From positions 640,001 through 704,000 of the forward strand of contig CAVPVX010000007.1 in the NCBI GenBank assembly GCA_963709345.1: a stretch of DNA of 64,000 nucleotides. Direction: 5' to 3'. Below the pieces are notes generated by a model, which saw only the letters and a program-made list of their open reading frames with translations, made no database searches and had not been told where the DNA came from. The translations under genes were made by a program, and so were the position numbers. Positions 1-8,751 of the stretch are shown here, one piece after another. Position 1 is the first letter of the stretch; every line of letters starts with the position of its first letter. Source of the stretch: an uncultured Actinomycetes bacterium. Lineage in GTDB: Bacteria > Actinomycetota > Thermoleophilia > UBA2241.

Positions 1-124
1 GGACGCTCCCGAGGTCTTCTCGGGTGAGAGACGCGCGATCGACTCCACGGCCTGCGCAGCCGGAGGCCCGGGAAGCCGCGCGATCGCGCACGGCAGCCCG
101 ACCCGCGAACGACAGGCGACCCGA

Positions 125-170
125 GACGGCGAAGGGGCCGGCTCCTCACGGAACCGGCCCCTTCGCCGTC
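125..170 (-). terminator. 17-bp stem hairpin downstream of the ferredoxin gene
   Basis: GACGGCGAAGGGGCCGG (125-141) pairs perfectly with CCGGCCCCTTCGCCGTC (154-170), 19 nt after the stop; weak U tail. Confidence 0.65.
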
Positions 171-188
171 GGTCTCTGCCGGTTCAGA

Positions 189-446
<258 letters not shown>

Positions 447-486
447 TCAAGACGACGAGGAGCCCGGGCCGGGAACCCGGCACCGG

Positions 487-1522
487 TCACGTCGTGGAAT
501 GAGGACCCGGCGACCGTCCGTCGCCCGGGAAGAGCTCCGTGAGCGCCAGCGCGGCGGCGCCGATGAAGCCGGCATCGGCGCCCAGCGCGGCCGGGACGAT
601 GCGCACGCGGTCGCGCGCCGGAGGCAGGCCGCGGGCGGCGAGGACGCGCCGGGCGGGAGCCAGCAGGAGCTCGCCCGCCGCCGCCGCGCCGCCGCCGATG
701 ACGACCAGCTCGGGGTCGAAGATGTTGACCAGCGTCACGAGTCCCGCGCCCAGATACTCGCCGGCGCGCTCGACGAGAGCGGCGGCGCCGGCGTCGCCGC
801 CCAGCGCCAGTTCCGTGAGCAGGCGGCTGTCGACCGCGCTCGCCGGCGGCCAGGGCGCGGCCCAGCGCCGAGTCCGGGTGGGCGCGGGCATGCGCCGCAG
901 CCGCCGCGCCCATCGCGGTACCGGAAGCGTACGCCTCGAGACACCCCCTGCCGGGACACCCGCCCGGGCAGTCGGGGCCGTCGATGTCCAGGATGATGTG
1001 GCCGAGCTCCGCGGCCGCACCGCTCGCGCCGCGGTACGGACGGCCCCGGCAGATGATGCCGCCGCCGACGCCGGTCCCAAGGGTGAGCATGAGCATCTCG
1101 CTCGTCCCCGCACCGGCGCCGAAGACGTGCTCCCCGACCGTAGCCGCCGTGGCGTCGTTGTCGAGAGCGACGGGCAGCCCGGTGTGGGCGCGCAGGATGT
1201 CGCGCAACGGCACGTCGGCGAGCGGCAGGTTGACCGACTCGATGACGGCGCCGGCGTCGAAGTCGACCATGGAGGCCACCCCGACGCCGATCGCGTCGGC
1301 GTCGCCCGCCGCTGCGAGCCGGTCGACGCAGGCGAGAATGCCGGCCAGACACTCCGCCGACGAAGACTGGCTCGTCGGCGCCACGAACCGTTCGCCCACG
1401 AGCGGCGTCTCCAGCCCGGGAGACGGATGCGCGCCGCGAGCGGGCAGACTCCCGCGCACGAGCGCTCCGGCGACCTTGGTGCCGCCGATGTCGACGCCGA
1501 TGATCGTGTGCTCCGGGCCCAT
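487..1522 (-). pseudogene. ROK family sugar kinase (glucokinase-like), split by one frameshift near 838 (possibly a sequencing error)
   Basis: IGVDIGGTK, DNDAT, TLGTGVGGG and ELGH..CPGGCPGRGCLE in ORF 413..1765; the C-terminal DPELVVIGGG and LGADAGFIGAA motifs continue in ORF 487..1911. Confidence 0.85.
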
Positions 1523-1665
1523 GACGACCCGCAGCTTACCATGGTGTAGACTCGGCACCAGAGGAAGCGCCCGCTCTCGGGCGTGATCAGCTGAAACGCC
1601 GGCGCCCCGCCCCCCGCGACCACCAACGCACCAGGCGTTGCCTCGCGCGCGCGAGGCGCACTCGC

Positions 1666-2856
1666 ATGACGAGACAGGACGACAGAGAAGGGCCGAAGGC
1701 CTACCGGACGTACAAGGCGCGCCGCACCCGGCGCAGCCACGTCGACGACGAGCTCGCCGGAGCACGCCGCGCGCGCGAGCCTCGCCCTCGCAGCCACGAG
1801 GCGAAGGTCGGCCGAGCCTCCGCCGACTACCCGGAGCGCAGCGACAAGGCGTACCACACCTACGGGCCCGCCCCGTCCGGGGGCAAGGGCGGCGGCAAGA
1901 AGAGCAGGCACGGAGGAGGCGGCCGACCGGCCAGACGGCGGCGGCGCTTCCGCTGGTGGTACGTACCCGTGGGCGTCTTCGCGGCCCTGGCGATCGCCGG
2001 CGTCGTCCTCACCGTCCTCGCCTGGCCCGGCTACCAGACCTTCGACCGCGCCGTCGACAAGTCCAACAAGCGCCTCGACAAGAAGACCAAGGCGCGGCTC
2101 GACCCCGACGCCGGCTGGATCTGGCGCAACGGGACCACACTGCTGCTGCTGGGCGTCGACAGCAAGGCGGGTGAGCCCGCCCGCTCGGACACGATCATGC
2201 TGATGCGCTTCAACCCGAAGACTCGCACGATCAACCAGCTCTCCATCCCGCGCGACACGAAGGTCGAGATCCCCGGCCGCGGCACCGGCAAGATCAACAC
2301 CGCGATGTTCTGGGGCGGCCCGTCACTCGCCCTCCAGACCGTGCAGGAGTTCACCGGCATCCCCATCAACCACGTGATGGTCGTCGACTTCAAGGGCTTC
2401 CCCCGCCTCGTCAACGCGGTGGGCGGCGTCGACATGAGGATCCCGAAGACGGTCACGACGACCGCCGGCAGCAACGCCCGGACGGTCGTCTTCAAGAAGG
2501 GCATGCACCACTTCGACGGCAAGTACGCGATGCTCTACGTACGCATCCGTTACGCCGACGACGACTTCCACCGCGCCTCCCGCCAGCAGGCGTTCATCCA
2601 GGCGCTCCAGAAGAAGATCGCGCAGCCGTCAAACGTCACCCGGCTTCCCGAGATCGGCAAGCGGTTCATGAGCGGCGTCGCCACAGATCTGACGACCAAC
2701 CAGATCCTCGAGCTCGCCTACCTCAAGTGGCGCTCCGGCGACGGCAAGAAGATGGTCATGACCGGCACTCCCGGCTGGGAAGGCGGAGTCTCATACGTCT
2801 TCCCGCCCGACGAGGCCACCCGCACCCGCCAGCTCGAGCGCTTCCTCGGCGACTGA
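1666..2856 (+). CDS. LCP (LytR-CpsA-Psr) family cell-wall glycopolymer ligase
   Basis: Basic N-terminus, one TM helix, LLLGVD..RSDTIML..SIPRDT..KIN and YVRIR..DDFHRASRQQ motifs. Confidence 0.93.
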   Translation: MTRQDDREGPKAYRTYKARRTRRSHVDDELAGARRAREPRPRSHEAKVGRASADYPERSDKAYHTYGPAPSGGKGGGKKSRHGGGGRPARRRRRFRWWYVPVGVFAALAIAGVVLTVLAWPGYQTFDRAVDKSNKRLDKKTKARLDPDAGWIWRNGTTLLLLGVDSKAGEPARSDTIMLMRFNPKTRTINQLSIPRDTKVEIPGRGTGKINTAMFWGGPSLALQTVQEFTGIPINHVMVVDFKGFPRLVNAVGGVDMRIPKTVTTTAGSNARTVVFKKGMHHFDGKYAMLYVRIRYADDDFHRASRQQAFIQALQKKIAQPSNVTRLPEIGKRFMSGVATDLTTNQILELAYLKWRSGDGKKMVMTGTPGWEGGVSYVFPPDEATRTRQLERFLGD

Positions 2857-2863
2857 GTCGCGC

Positions 2864-3649
2864 TCAGTACTCCACGGCGACCAGAGCGAGGCCGCGCGCC
2901 GGAGCAGTCTGACCCATGCGCCGGCGCTCCCCGGTCGCCAGGGCTGCGGCGAAGTCGTCGCACGTCGTGCGCCCCTGGCCCACGTCGACCATCGAGCCCA
3001 CGGCCACTCGCACCATGTTGTGCAGGAAGCTGCCGGCGGTGATCTCGAAGCGCCACTCGCCGCCCTCTCCGTCCGGCGTGGGACCCACGCGGCGCCACTC
3101 CGCCGAGAGCACCTCGCGCACGCAGGTGTGGTACATGTGCGCCGACGGGGTGAGAGCGGCGAAGTCGCGGTGGCCGGGCAGCAGCCGCGCCGCCGCCGCC
3201 AGCGCCGCCCCGTCGAGCGCGCCGCGCAGATTCCAGACGAAGGTGCGCTCGGCGACGGGCTTCACCGGAGACGCCCACAGCCGGTAGACGTAGGTGCGCG
3301 AGCGCGCCGCCCTGGCGCTGAAACCGGGCGCCGCCGGTGACACCTTCACAACCGCGACGGCCGGCGGCAGCAGAGCGTTGAGCGACATCCGCAGGCGCTC
3401 CGGCCGGACGTCTCGACGGGCGCAGGAGAACGAAGCCACCTGCGCCCACGCGTGGACGCCGGCGTCCGTCCGGCCGGCGACGCTGAGGCGGACGCTCTCA
3501 CGAAGCACGGTGGCGAGCGCCTCTTCCAGCACGCCTTCGACGGTCCGCTGCCCGGGCTGCTTCGCCCAGCCCCGGAAACCGGTGCCCTCGTACGTCAGAT
3601 CCAGACGCCAGACCGGCGGCGCGTCGCCGCCCCGTGTCGCCTCGCTCAC
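2864..3649 (-). CDS. truA: tRNA pseudouridine(38-40) synthase
   Basis: YEGTGFRGW, AGRTDAGVHA and FLHNMVR motifs; AAGGAGG SD. Confidence 0.97.
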   Translation of the reverse strand: MSEATRGGDAPPVWRLDLTYEGTGFRGWAKQPGQRTVEGVLEEALATVLRESVRLSVAGRTDAGVHAWAQVASFSCARRDVRPERLRMSLNALLPPAVAVVKVSPAAPGFSARAARSRTYVYRLWASPVKPVAERTFVWNLRGALDGAALAAAARLLPGHRDFAALTPSAHMYHTCVREVLSAEWRRVGPTPDGEGGEWRFEITAGSFLHNMVRVAVGSMVDVGQGRTTCDDFAAALATGERRRMGQTAPARGLALVAVEY

Positions 3650-3691
3650 GTGGCCTCCTTGCGGCGTCTCGAGTACAGGATCCCCGGCATC

Positions 3692-4474
3692 CTATACGAG
3701 GAGCCCCACGGCGATGACCGCCGCAGTGAGGGCCAGAAGGACGGCGTCGGCCACTCCGGCGCGCAGCGGGTGCAGCCTCGTCCGGACGATCCCCGGCCGG
3801 TAGCAGCGCGCCTCCATGGCCAGCGCCAGCTCGTCCGCGCGGCGAAAGCTGAGCACGAACAGCGGGACGAGCACGGGCACAAGAGCGCGGGCGCGCCTGC
3901 CGATGCCGCCGCTGCGAAAGTCGGCGCCACGGGCGCGCTGGGCACGCATGATCTGGTCGAGTTCGACGAGCAACGTCGGGATGAAGCGCAGGGCGATCGT
4001 GACCATGAGCGCCAGTTCGTCGGTCGGCACGCGCAGGCGACGGAGCGGCCTGCCCAGCCAGGCGAGACCGTCGGTGAGCGCGATCGGCGGCGTCGTGAGG
4101 GTGAGCACGGAGCCGATCAGGACGAGGACGATGAGCCGTAGACTGAGGAAGGCCGCGAGGTCGAGACCGGCCCACGAGAGCTCAAAGATCCAGAAGCTGA
4201 AGAAGGGCACCCCGGGAGCGAAGAGCACCTGGGCGAGAAAGGTGAAGCCGACCAGCCACAGGAGCGGCCGCACGGCGCGCCAGAACCAGGCCGCAGGGAC
4301 ACCGCTGAGCGCGAAGGCAGCCGCGCCGGCGCCGGCGAACACGAGCAGCCCCGCGTAGGAGTCGCGCACGAACAGCGCCACCGCGAGCACGCTGACGGCG
4401 ACGAACTTGGTGCGAGGGTCGAGACGGTGGATCGGCGACGTGCCCGGGTAGTATTGGGCGATGGTCGCCTTCAC
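3692..4474 (-). CDS. ecfT: ECF transporter transmembrane component T
   Basis: HRLDPRTK, AQRARG and AMEARCY signature motifs; hydrophobic. Confidence 0.95.
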   Translation of the reverse strand: MKATIAQYYPGTSPIHRLDPRTKFVAVSVLAVALFVRDSYAGLLVFAGAGAAAFALSGVPAAWFWRAVRPLLWLVGFTFLAQVLFAPGVPFFSFWIFELSWAGLDLAAFLSLRLIVLVLIGSVLTLTTPPIALTDGLAWLGRPLRRLRVPTDELALMVTIALRFIPTLLVELDQIMRAQRARGADFRSGGIGRRARALVPVLVPLFVLSFRRADELALAMEARCYRPGIVRTRLHPLRAGVADAVLLALTAAVIAVGLLV

Positions 4475-5337
4475 GACAGGAGTTCGGCGGCCGCGGCGGC
4501 CGTTCGGGGAGCTTCACGAGGGTCGCGCCCGAGGCGCCGCCACAGCGTGACCAACAAGGGCTCGCGCAGGCGGTTCGCAGCGAGCAGACGGGCGCCGGCG
4601 TCACCGAAGTCCCAGGCGCCGACGCTCACCACGCGCCCCTCGTCGAGGAGGAGCAGCTCGTCGCAAAGCGCCCAGGCGAGGTCGATGTCGTGCGTCGCGA
4701 GCACCAGCGTCACCCCGCCGTCCTTGAGCCGCCGCAGGATGTGCACAAGCTCGCGCCGCGTCTGAGGGTCGAGGCTCACGAAAGGCTCGTCGAGCAAGAG
4801 CAGACGAGGCTTCATCGCGAGCACGCCGGCCAGGGCGAGCCGCCGCTGTTCGCCCCCGGAAAGCGTGTACGGGTGGCGGTCGCCGAAGTCCGCCGGCGGC
4901 AGCCCCGACAGATCCATCGCCGCATCGACCGCAGCCGTGACATCGGCGTCGGACCAGCCCAGACGACGCGGACCAAAGGCCACGTCCTCCTTCGCCGTCG
5001 CCGCGAAGAGCTGCAGCTCGGGCGCCTGGAACACGAGGCCGACCTCACGGCGCAGCTCCGCGTGGCCCGACTCACCAGAGGCACACCCGTCGAGGAAGAC
5101 GACGCCGGACTCGGCCTCGTCGAGTCCGCGCACGACCTGCAGAAGCGTCGACTTGCCGGAGCCTGACGCCCCCAGCAACGCCAGCGACCCGCCGGCGGCC
5201 AGCTCGAAGCTCACGTCGCGAAGGGCGGGTATCGCACGCCGCCCCTCGCTGTAGGAGAAGCCGACACCGCGGCAAGCGACGGCTATGCCGGGCGGCGAGC
5301 CTCCCCGGCCGGCCGGTGCCGAGGACCTCTGGCTCAC
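4471..5337 (-). CDS. ecfA2: ECF transporter ATPase A2
   Basis: GASGSGKS, VFQAPELQLF, LSGGEQRR and LLLDEP; next to ecfT. Confidence 0.92.
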   Translation of the reverse strand: MSQRSSAPAGRGGSPPGIAVACRGVGFSYSEGRRAIPALRDVSFELAAGGSLALLGASGSGKSTLLQVVRGLDEAESGVVFLDGCASGESGHAELRREVGLVFQAPELQLFAATAKEDVAFGPRRLGWSDADVTAAVDAAMDLSGLPPADFGDRHPYTLSGGEQRRLALAGVLAMKPRLLLLDEPFVSLDPQTRRELVHILRRLKDGGVTLVLATHDIDLAWALCDELLLLDEGRVVSVGAWDFGDAGARLLAANRLREPLLVTLWRRLGRDPREAPRTAAAAAELLS

Positions 5338-6188
5338 GACGGCCCCTGCAGAGCGCCGACGAGATCGTCCAGCGTCAGCGGCAACGGGCCGTCGAGACGG
5401 CGCCCGCGGCCGGCGAGCTCGAGCGCGACCTCACCGGCCGCGGGCAGCCCGAGACCCAGACGCCGCACCAGAGCGCCGTCGCCGAAGAGACCGGCGGCGG
5501 CGCCCGCGTACACGACAGACCCGCGTTCGAGCGCCAGCGCGCGGTCGGCGCCGGGCACCTCGTCCATCTCCTGCGTGACGAAGACGATCGCGAGGCCGCC
5601 GTCCCGCAGCGCCGCGACGGCCTCGAGCACCTCTTCGCGGCCCGCCGGGTCGAGCATCGCCGTCGGCTCGTCCAGCACCAGCACCTTCCGCGGCACGGCC
5701 AGGACGCCCGCCAGCGCCGTGCGCTGCTTCTGGCCGCCGGAGAGCAGGTGCGGCTCGCGGCGGCGCAGGTCGCCCAGCCCGAACCTCTCAAGCATCTCGT
5801 CGACCCGGGCCCGCATGTCGGCCGGCGGCCAGCCGAGGTTCTCGAGGCCGAAGGCTATGTCGTCCTCCACGCAGTCGGCGACCAGCTGGTTCTCGGGATT
5901 CTGGAAAAGGACGCCCACGTCTCGCCGCGCCCCGAACCTGCCATCCTCGCTCAGCAGGTCGTGCCCGACGGCGACGGCGCGACGCGCGAAGGCGGCCTTC
6001 TCGAGGCCGCCCAGGATACGCGCCAGCGTGGACTTGCCGGAGCCGTTGGCGCCCACGACGGCGAGTGTCCGCCCGGCCTCGACCACCAGGGAGAGGTCGG
6101 CGAGCGCGTCGGCGCGCGCGCCGGCGTACCGGTAGTGCAGACCGGCGATGTCGACGAGCGGAGGTGAGCTGGGCAGAGGCGGGATCAT
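5334..6188 (-). CDS. ecfA1: ECF transporter ATPase A1
   Basis: GANGSGKS, FQNPENQLV, LSGGQKQR and LDEPTAMLDP; start codon uncertain. Confidence 0.92.
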   Translation of the reverse strand: MIPPLPSSPPLVDIAGLHYRYAGARADALADLSLVVEAGRTLAVVGANGSGKSTLARILGGLEKAAFARRAVAVGHDLLSEDGRFGARRDVGVLFQNPENQLVADCVEDDIAFGLENLGWPPADMRARVDEMLERFGLGDLRRREPHLLSGGQKQRTALAGVLAVPRKVLVLDEPTAMLDPAGREEVLEAVAALRDGGLAIVFVTQEMDEVPGADRALALERGSVVYAGAAAGLFGDGALVRRLGLGLPAAGEVALELAGRGRRLDGPLPLTLDDLVGALQGPS

Positions 6189-6282
6189 ACGAGCCGAAGC
6201 TTATCGCATCGTCCACGGCGGCCCGGCCGTCCCGGCCGGCATGGCCACCGGATGCCTCGCCGGCCGCTGCGATGGGAGCGGA

Positions 6283-6331
6283 ACCATGAGCGACGGGGCG
6301 GGCCCTTCGAGCCCGCCCCGTCGCTCATGGT
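6283..6331 (-). terminator. 21-bp stem hairpin closing the hdr/sulfurtransferase operon
   Basis: ACCATGAGCGACGGGGCGGGC (6283-6303) pairs perfectly with GCCCGCCCCGTCGCTCATGGT (6311-6331), about 50 nt after the FmdB stop. Confidence 0.75.
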
Positions 6332-6381
6332 CATTGGGTACTGCCGACGGACGGCGCGACCGCGCCGCGAGATCGTCAGCC

Positions 6382-6582
6382 TCAGCCGAACCCGCTGCTG
6401 CGCTGCGGAGCGCCGCACGACGGATCCGAGAGGGCGCCGTTGCGGAAGAAGCTCGCGAGCGTCTGCCGCACATGCTGCGAGCGACACTCGGGACAGCGCT
6501 TCTGTTTGTCGCGTATCGCGACCCGCGTCAGAACCTCGAACGTGTGGCCGCAGTCCTTGCAGATGAGATCGATGTGCGCCAT
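6382..6582 (-). CDS. FmdB-family zinc-ribbon protein
   Basis: CKDCGHTFE...CPECRS (CxxC-CxxC) with a short Ser/Gly tail; AAGGAG SD. Confidence 0.85.
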   Translation of the reverse strand: MAHIDLICKDCGHTFEVLTRVAIRDKQKRCPECRSQHVRQTLASFFRNGALSDPSCGAPQRSSGFG

Positions 6583-6616
6583 GGGCGGTGCCTGCTCCTT
6601 GGGTGAGTCGGGGGCG

Positions 6617-7099
6617 TCAGATGAACAGGTTGACGTTGGCCTCGTCGGCCTTTCCGAGGTAGGCCGCCACGCCCTCGAACTCGATGTCGTCGATGAGCTC
6701 CTCCTTCGTGAAGCCCAGGATGTCCATCGAGAGCGTGCAAGCGACGAACTCCACGCCCATCTCGCGGGCGCTGTCGAAGAGCTCCTCGAGCGACATTCCG
6801 CCGGCGTCCTTTGTGGCCTTCCTCATCATGGGACTGCCGGCTCCGGCGAAGTTCATCTTGGAGAGTCCGAGCTTCTTCGTGCCCTTGGGCATCATCCGGC
6901 CGAACATCGACTGAAGCGTAGACTTCTTGGCCTCGGTCGGGACCTTCTCCGGCTTGCGGAGGATGTTCAGACCCCAGAAGGTGCAGAAGATCGTGACGTC
7001 GTCGCCCATAGCGGCGGCGCCGTTGGCGATGATGAGTGCCGCCATCACCTTGTCGAAGTCGCCACTGAACAGGATGATCGTCTTCTTGGTCGTGTCCAC
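6617..7099 (-). CDS. DsrE2/DsrE-F-like sulfurtransferase
   Basis: LFSGDFDKVMAALIIANGAAAMG, FCTFWGL, SKMNFAGAG and ACTLSMD (conserved Cys). Confidence 0.92.
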   Translation of the reverse strand: MDTTKKTIILFSGDFDKVMAALIIANGAAAMGDDVTIFCTFWGLNILRKPEKVPTEAKKSTLQSMFGRMMPKGTKKLGLSKMNFAGAGSPMMRKATKDAGGMSLEELFDSAREMGVEFVACTLSMDILGFTKEELIDDIEFEGVAAYLGKADEANVNLFI

Positions 7100-7163
7100 T
7101 CCAGCACCTCCAGTGCTGTCCGTTTGTTGCCTTTCGAGACCGGGGGCCTGCGCGGGCCCTGCC

Positions 7164-8150
7164 TCAGGAGGCGGATGCCTCGCGCAGGTACTCGGAGATA
7201 TCCTTGAACCGCATGGTGTCGCCGGCGGCGGTACTCAGGTTGACGAAGCACATGGGGCACATCGTGACGCACTCGGGCGCGGCGGCTCGCAGCTGCTCGA
7301 CGCGCTTCTGCGCGTTGGCGGCCGCCTTCTGCGGGTAGAGTGACTCGACGGGGCCGCCGCAGCACCAGGTCTGGCGACCCGCGTACTCCGGGTCGAGGAC
7401 GGTGACGCCGGCGGCCGCAAGCAGCTCGCGCGGCTCGTCGACGACGCCCTCGTAGCGGGCGAAGACGCAGGAGTCGTGCAGCACGACTTCAGCGGGGGAG
7501 ATGCCGGCGCGTTTGCCGCCGCTTCCGTTGCCGCCGAAGTCCCTCTCCGCCAGCACCTCGAGGTAGCTCTTCACCTCGACGTCGTACCCCTTGAGGATCT
7601 TGGGATACACGGTGCGAAGCATCGTCGTGGTGTGCGGGTCGACGGTGATCACGGTCTTCACGGCGTGCTTCTTGAACACCGCGTGGACCTTCTTGGCGTG
7701 CTCGACGACGACCTCGTCGAGCCCGAGATCGTAGGCCAGGGCGCCCGAGTACAGGTCGTCCTCGTAGAGAGCGCCGAACTCGACGCCGGCGTCGCGGAGC
7801 AGATGCACGACATTGATCGGCACCTGATCGTAGCGGGCGCGCTCCTTCGCCGAGGGGCGCGCCATGAACGCCGAGATGTTGACGAACCGGTTCACCTTTC
7901 GACCGAGGCCGGTGTACTTGGCCAGCCATGAGTCGCCGAACTTCACCTCGGCCTTGACGAGGCCTTCGATGTACGGGATGAGCTGGTACATCATCCCCGT
8001 GTAGAGCACGGTCGCGCCGCCGCGCGGGAGGCCGAGGCCCTCGGTCCACTTGGTCGCCACCTTGGGGGACAGCGGCAGCACCGACTTGCGCAGGCGCAGG
8101 TTGTCGCCGAGGATGCCGATCACGTCGCCGGTCGGGAGAGGCATCGTCAT
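7164..8150 (-). CDS. CCG-domain Fe-S protein (HdrB/HdrD-like); only the C-terminal CCG domain keeps its Cys ligands
   Basis: HDSC, WCCGG and TMCPMC in the C-terminal half; ATGA overlap with the upstream gene at 8147-8150. Confidence 0.88.
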   Translation of the reverse strand: MTMPLPTGDVIGILGDNLRLRKSVLPLSPKVATKWTEGLGLPRGGATVLYTGMMYQLIPYIEGLVKAEVKFGDSWLAKYTGLGRKVNRFVNISAFMARPSAKERARYDQVPINVVHLLRDAGVEFGALYEDDLYSGALAYDLGLDEVVVEHAKKVHAVFKKHAVKTVITVDPHTTTMLRTVYPKILKGYDVEVKSYLEVLAERDFGGNGSGGKRAGISPAEVVLHDSCVFARYEGVVDEPRELLAAAGVTVLDPEYAGRQTWCCGGPVESLYPQKAAANAQKRVEQLRAAAPECVTMCPMCFVNLSTAAGDTMRFKDISEYLREASAS

Positions 8151-8461
8151 CCCTCCCCGTGGCCGAACGTCGTACGGACGATGTGATGCCGGAGCGTGCG
8201 CACGTTCTCGGCGATGTGTACGCCGGACGGGCAGTTCTCCTCGCACATCTTGCACAGCAGACAGGAGAAGACGCTCTCCGTCTCCTCCCGAACCTTGTCC
8301 TCCATGCCGAGAAGCACGTGGCGGAACAGCTTGCGCACCTCGACGTCGACACCCATCGGGCAGATGGCGGAGCACACCCCGCAGTTCATGCAGGCGTCGG
8401 CGTTGAACTCATCAGAGCACGCCAGTTCCGTCGCCAGCCCGGGGTTCACGAGAGCAGTCAT
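8147..8461 (-). CDS. HdrC-like 4Fe-4S dicluster protein
   Basis: CMNCGVCSAICP and CLLCKMCEENCP; 104 aa. Confidence 0.9.
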   Translation of the reverse strand: MTALVNPGLATELACSDEFNADACMNCGVCSAICPMGVDVEVRKLFRHVLLGMEDKVREETESVFSCLLCKMCEENCPSGVHIAENVRTLRHHIVRTTFGHGEG

Positions 8462-8751
8462 TTGCCCTCCCTCTCCACCACTTGATAGCGGTAGTAGCCG
8501 TCGTCGGTGACTTCTTTGATCTCGGCGAGCCAGCCGTACTTGCGCAGGCCCATGACCCAGAACATCACCTCATGGGTCGGGCGCTCGACGGCGGCCGCGA
8601 TCTCGGGCACCGTGAGCGGTCCGTCTTCAAGCGCTGCGAGGATGCGGCGGCGCATGACCTGCTCGTCGCGGACGACCTCACGGACGTCGCGTTGTCCTGG
8701 AGCGGCGTCCCGGATCACGGGTCGCCGGCCTGACCCGGTGGTCTGCGTCAT
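8458..8751 (-). CDS. Small winged-helix-like protein inside the hdr operon
   Basis: RRILAALEDGPLTVPEIAAAVE...VMGLRKYG...YYRY wHTH pattern; ATGA overlaps at both ends. Confidence 0.8.
   Translation of the reverse strand: MTQTTGSGRRPVIRDAAPGQRDVREVVRDEQVMRRRILAALEDGPLTVPEIAAAVERPTHEVMFWVMGLRKYGWLAEIKEVTDDGYYRYQVVEREGK

Noticed and set aside
830-845. Programmed ribosomal frameshift in the ROK gene (likewise the helicase at 52412)
   Set aside because: No slippery sequence or known precedent in these families; a single-base consensus error is simpler
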